Both the position numbers and the translations under genes were made by a program. From positions 1 to 37,278 of the forward strand of contig JAZRLJ010000002.1 of assembly GCA_045646755.1 (NCBI GenBank): a stretch of DNA of 37,278 nt. The letters run 5' to 3'. Shown piece after piece: positions 35,160 to 37,278 of the stretch. A model generated the notes under the pieces. That model searched no databases and had not been told where the DNA came from. It saw only the letters and a program-made list of their open reading frames with translations. Each line of letters begins with the position of its first letter. Position 1 is the first letter of the stretch. The DNA comes from Eubacteriales bacterium. GTDB taxonomy: Bacteria; Bacillota; Clostridia; Oscillospirales; CAG-272.

Positions 35160-36004
35160 GAGCGTTATTCGGACCCGGTGGAAACAGTGATGCATTCAAA
35201 GTATGGGGAGGAAAGAGTACTCTTGATGCTCCGAGATTTGTTAGTGAAATAGGTCTTGATGCATATGAATATGAGGCAGGAAACGGCATTGCTTCTTCTC
35301 CTGCCATGCTTAGCGCAATAGGTAAGGAAGCAAAAAAATACGGAATAAAAATGTCATTCCATACACCTTACTTTATATCGCTTTCAGGTGTGGAAGAGGA
35401 AAAGAGACTTAAAAGTATAAAGTATATATCCGATAGTATTGAAGCGGCAAAATTACTTGGAGCTGACGTTATAGTAGTGCATACCGGCTCTGCGGCAAAG
35501 ATTAGCAGAGATGAGGCTATGAGACTTGCAGCCGACACCTTGGTTAAGACTTTATCCGCAGTTGATACGTACGGTATAAAAATCGGTCTTGAAACAATGG
35601 GAAAGCAAAATCAGCTCGGAACACTTGACGAGGTGCTGGAGCTCTGCCGCATAGACAGTGCTCTCGTGCCCGTTGTTGATTTTGGACATCTTAATGCCAG
35701 AGATTGCGGTGGAGTGTTTAAAGCTGCAGATGATTATTTATCTGTTTTTGATAAAATAGATAGAAAACTCGGAGCAGAATATGCAGAAAAACTGCATTGC
35801 CATTTTTCAAAGATTGAATGGACCGACAAGGGAGAAAAGAAGCATCTTACCTTTGCTGATGAAATTTACGGTCCTTCTTTTGAGCCTCTTATGGAAATGC
35901 TTTCTCGTGAAAGACTTTATCCTACGATAATAAGTGAGTCTGCGGGAACTCAGTCTGACGATGCGCTGACAATGAAAAAATATTATTTAAGTATGGAAAA
36001 GTAA
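35156..36004 (+). CDS. Xylose-isomerase-like TIM-barrel protein, AP endonuclease family 2 (endonuclease IV-like)
   Basis: The order of conserved metal-ligand contexts resembles Nfo: FHTPYF, VIVVHTGSA, GLETMGKQNQLGT, VVDFGHLNA, LHCHFS, ISES. ATGA overlap with the upstream phosphatase gene. Function not established. Confidence 0.65.
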   Translation: MRALFGPGGNSDAFKVWGGKSTLDAPRFVSEIGLDAYEYEAGNGIASSPAMLSAIGKEAKKYGIKMSFHTPYFISLSGVEEEKRLKSIKYISDSIEAAKLLGADVIVVHTGSAAKISRDEAMRLAADTLVKTLSAVDTYGIKIGLETMGKQNQLGTLDEVLELCRIDSALVPVVDFGHLNARDCGGVFKAADDYLSVFDKIDRKLGAEYAEKLHCHFSKIEWTDKGEKKHLTFADEIYGPSFEPLMEMLSRERLYPTIISESAGTQSDDALTMKKYYLSMEK

Positions 36005-36005
36005 T

Positions 36006-37076
36006 ATGGATAAACTAGAAGTATTGAGAGAAAAAATAAAAAATCTCTCGCTTGATTCTGTTTTAATTTTTGACGAACGAAATCAGCTCTATATTTCGGA
36101 ATTTGCTTTTACTGACGGCTTTCTGTATATCACTTCTTCGGAGGCTTATCTTATTACCGATTTCAGATATTACGAAGCGGCTATTAAAAAGGCAGACAAG
36201 CGCTTTAAAGTAATCAGTCCCGAAACTAGAGTAGGCATTCTTGGAAAAATCATTTCCGACACCGGTGCAAAGAGGGTAGGATTTGAAGGTGGCAGCATTA
36301 CTTACGAGCGGTATAAGTCCTTTTCGGAAAAATATCCGAGTGTAGAGTTTGTCGCCATAGGCAACGTTATAGAAGAAATGCGAGCTGTTAAATCAGCTGA
36401 CGAAATTTCTAAGATACAAGCGGCTCAGGATATTGCCGATAAGGCGTTTTCGCACGTTCTGAGTGTGTTGACTCCCAACATGACGGAAATTGAGGTTGCA
36501 GCCGAAATAGAATACGCAATGAGAAAGCTTGGCGCACACGGACCATCGTTTGATACTATTGCCGTTTCGGGCAAGGCATCGGCGCTTCCGCATGGTACTC
36601 CGAGACCTGTAAAGCTCGAACGAGGATTTCTCACAATGGATTTCGGCGCTAGACTTGACGGTTACCTTTCGGATATGACGAGAACTGTGGTTATCGGTAG
36701 GGCAGATGATGATATGAAAAGACTGTATAATACGGTGCTTACAGCTCAGATGAAGGCTATAGAATATCTTAGAGAAGGCGCAGATGCGGGAGAGGCAGAC
36801 AAGATTGCCAGAGATATAATAGATTCCGTTAAGGAATACAATGGTTCATTCGGTCACGCACTTGGGCATTCAATAGGACTTTGTGTTCACGAAGCCCCCT
36901 CGCTTTCTAAAAAAAGCTTTGGTGTTAAGCTGCAAATCGGTCAAGTGACCTCGGTTGAGCCAGGAATATATCTTTTCGGGAAATACGGCTGTCGCATAGA
37001 AGATTTGGTCGCTATAGAGAAAAATGGGGTATATAACTTTACAAAATCAACCAAAGAATTGATAGAAATTTACTAA
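36006..37076 (+). CDS. M24 family Xaa-Pro aminopeptidase (YqhT/PepP-like)
   Basis: Creatinase-like N-domain plus the pita-bread metal ligands DFGARLDGYLSDMTRT, GHALGHSIGLCVHE, VEPGIY and CRIEDLV. Lies upstream of efp as in B. subtilis yqhT-efp. Confidence 0.85.
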   Translation: MDKLEVLREKIKNLSLDSVLIFDERNQLYISEFAFTDGFLYITSSEAYLITDFRYYEAAIKKADKRFKVISPETRVGILGKIISDTGAKRVGFEGGSITYERYKSFSEKYPSVEFVAIGNVIEEMRAVKSADEISKIQAAQDIADKAFSHVLSVLTPNMTEIEVAAEIEYAMRKLGAHGPSFDTIAVSGKASALPHGTPRPVKLERGFLTMDFGARLDGYLSDMTRTVVIGRADDDMKRLYNTVLTAQMKAIEYLREGADAGEADKIARDIIDSVKEYNGSFGHALGHSIGLCVHEAPSLSKKSFGVKLQIGQVTSVEPGIYLFGKYGCRIEDLVAIEKNGVYNFTKSTKELIEIY

Positions 37077-37103
37077 AATTTCAAAAAACTTGCTTTTACC
37101 CCC

Positions 37104-37132
37104 TTGAAAAAAATAAATATTTGTAGTAAAAT
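37104..37132 (+). promoter_or_regulatory. Candidate promoter for efp
   Basis: TTGAAA (37104..37109), a 17-nt spacer, then TAAAAT (37127..37132). This leaves a ~90-nt leader. Confidence 0.4.
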
Positions 37133-37230
37133 ATATTCATATACTATGGGTGCTGCGCTCTAACGAGTAAGGTTGTGGCGGATCGGCAGACCCGAATAAA
37201 TTTAAATCGCCAAGAAAGATAGAAACAGAT

Positions 37231-37278
37231 ATGTTAACAGCAGGTGATTTTAAAAATGGCGTTACCTTCGAAATGGAG
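37231..37278 (+). CDS. efp: Elongation factor P (first 16 codons only; continues beyond the window)
   Basis: The ATG at 37231 gives MLTAGDFKNGVTFEME, matching the EF-P N-terminal pattern (M..(N/G)DF(R/K)xGxTxExxG). The position after the M24 peptidase gene fits. Confidence 0.75.
   Translation, partial: MLTAGDFKNGVTFEME

Noticed and set aside
37147-37164. Tiny upstream ORF ATG GGT GCT GCG CTC TAA (MGAAL) in the efp leader
   Set aside because: It has no SD and no proline-rich or stalling sequence that would make sense for efp control. Five-codon ORFs arise by chance.

Overview
This window looks like an ordinary core-chromosome segment of a low-GC Gram-positive, Clostridia-like genome. The taxon is inferred only from gene content and synteny. 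About 92% is coding, in tight and often start/stop-overlapping operons. On the minus strand, 1-6273 carries lon, engB, an M50 protease, scpA, scpB, a DUF2953-like gene and ytfJ. On the plus strand, 6426-26228 carries the infC-rpmI-rplT operon with an L20-leader-like attenuator. It continues with a TrmH-family methyltransferase, dprA-topA-trmFO-plsX, rnc, a radical SAM gene, smc, ftsY, yhbY, nadD, yqeK, an LCP-family gene, rsfS and leuS. A divergent aspartate-to-threonine cluster follows at 26277-32736: an ACT protein and a thrC-thrB fusion face hom, aspartate kinase and asd. After that come an MFS transporter, tRNA-Gly(UCC) and tRNA-Arg(ACG), a YqeG-like HAD phosphatase, an endonuclease IV-like TIM-barrel protein, an M24 Xaa-Pro peptidase and the first 16 codons of efp. 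By eye I found no CRISPR array, mobile element, integrase or transposase, toxin-antitoxin pair, defence-like gene or long repeat. I cannot support a claim of a novel multi-gene system here. The points most worth a second look are local. They are a single-ORF threonine synthase/homoserine kinase fusion coupled to an HTH+ACT protein of unknown function, an uncharacterised radical SAM gene wedged between rnc and smc, a Cys in the otherwise invariant SMC signature motif (LSCGE), and several translation- and transcription-signal oddities. All family calls come from motif recognition by reading the translations. No database search was run.
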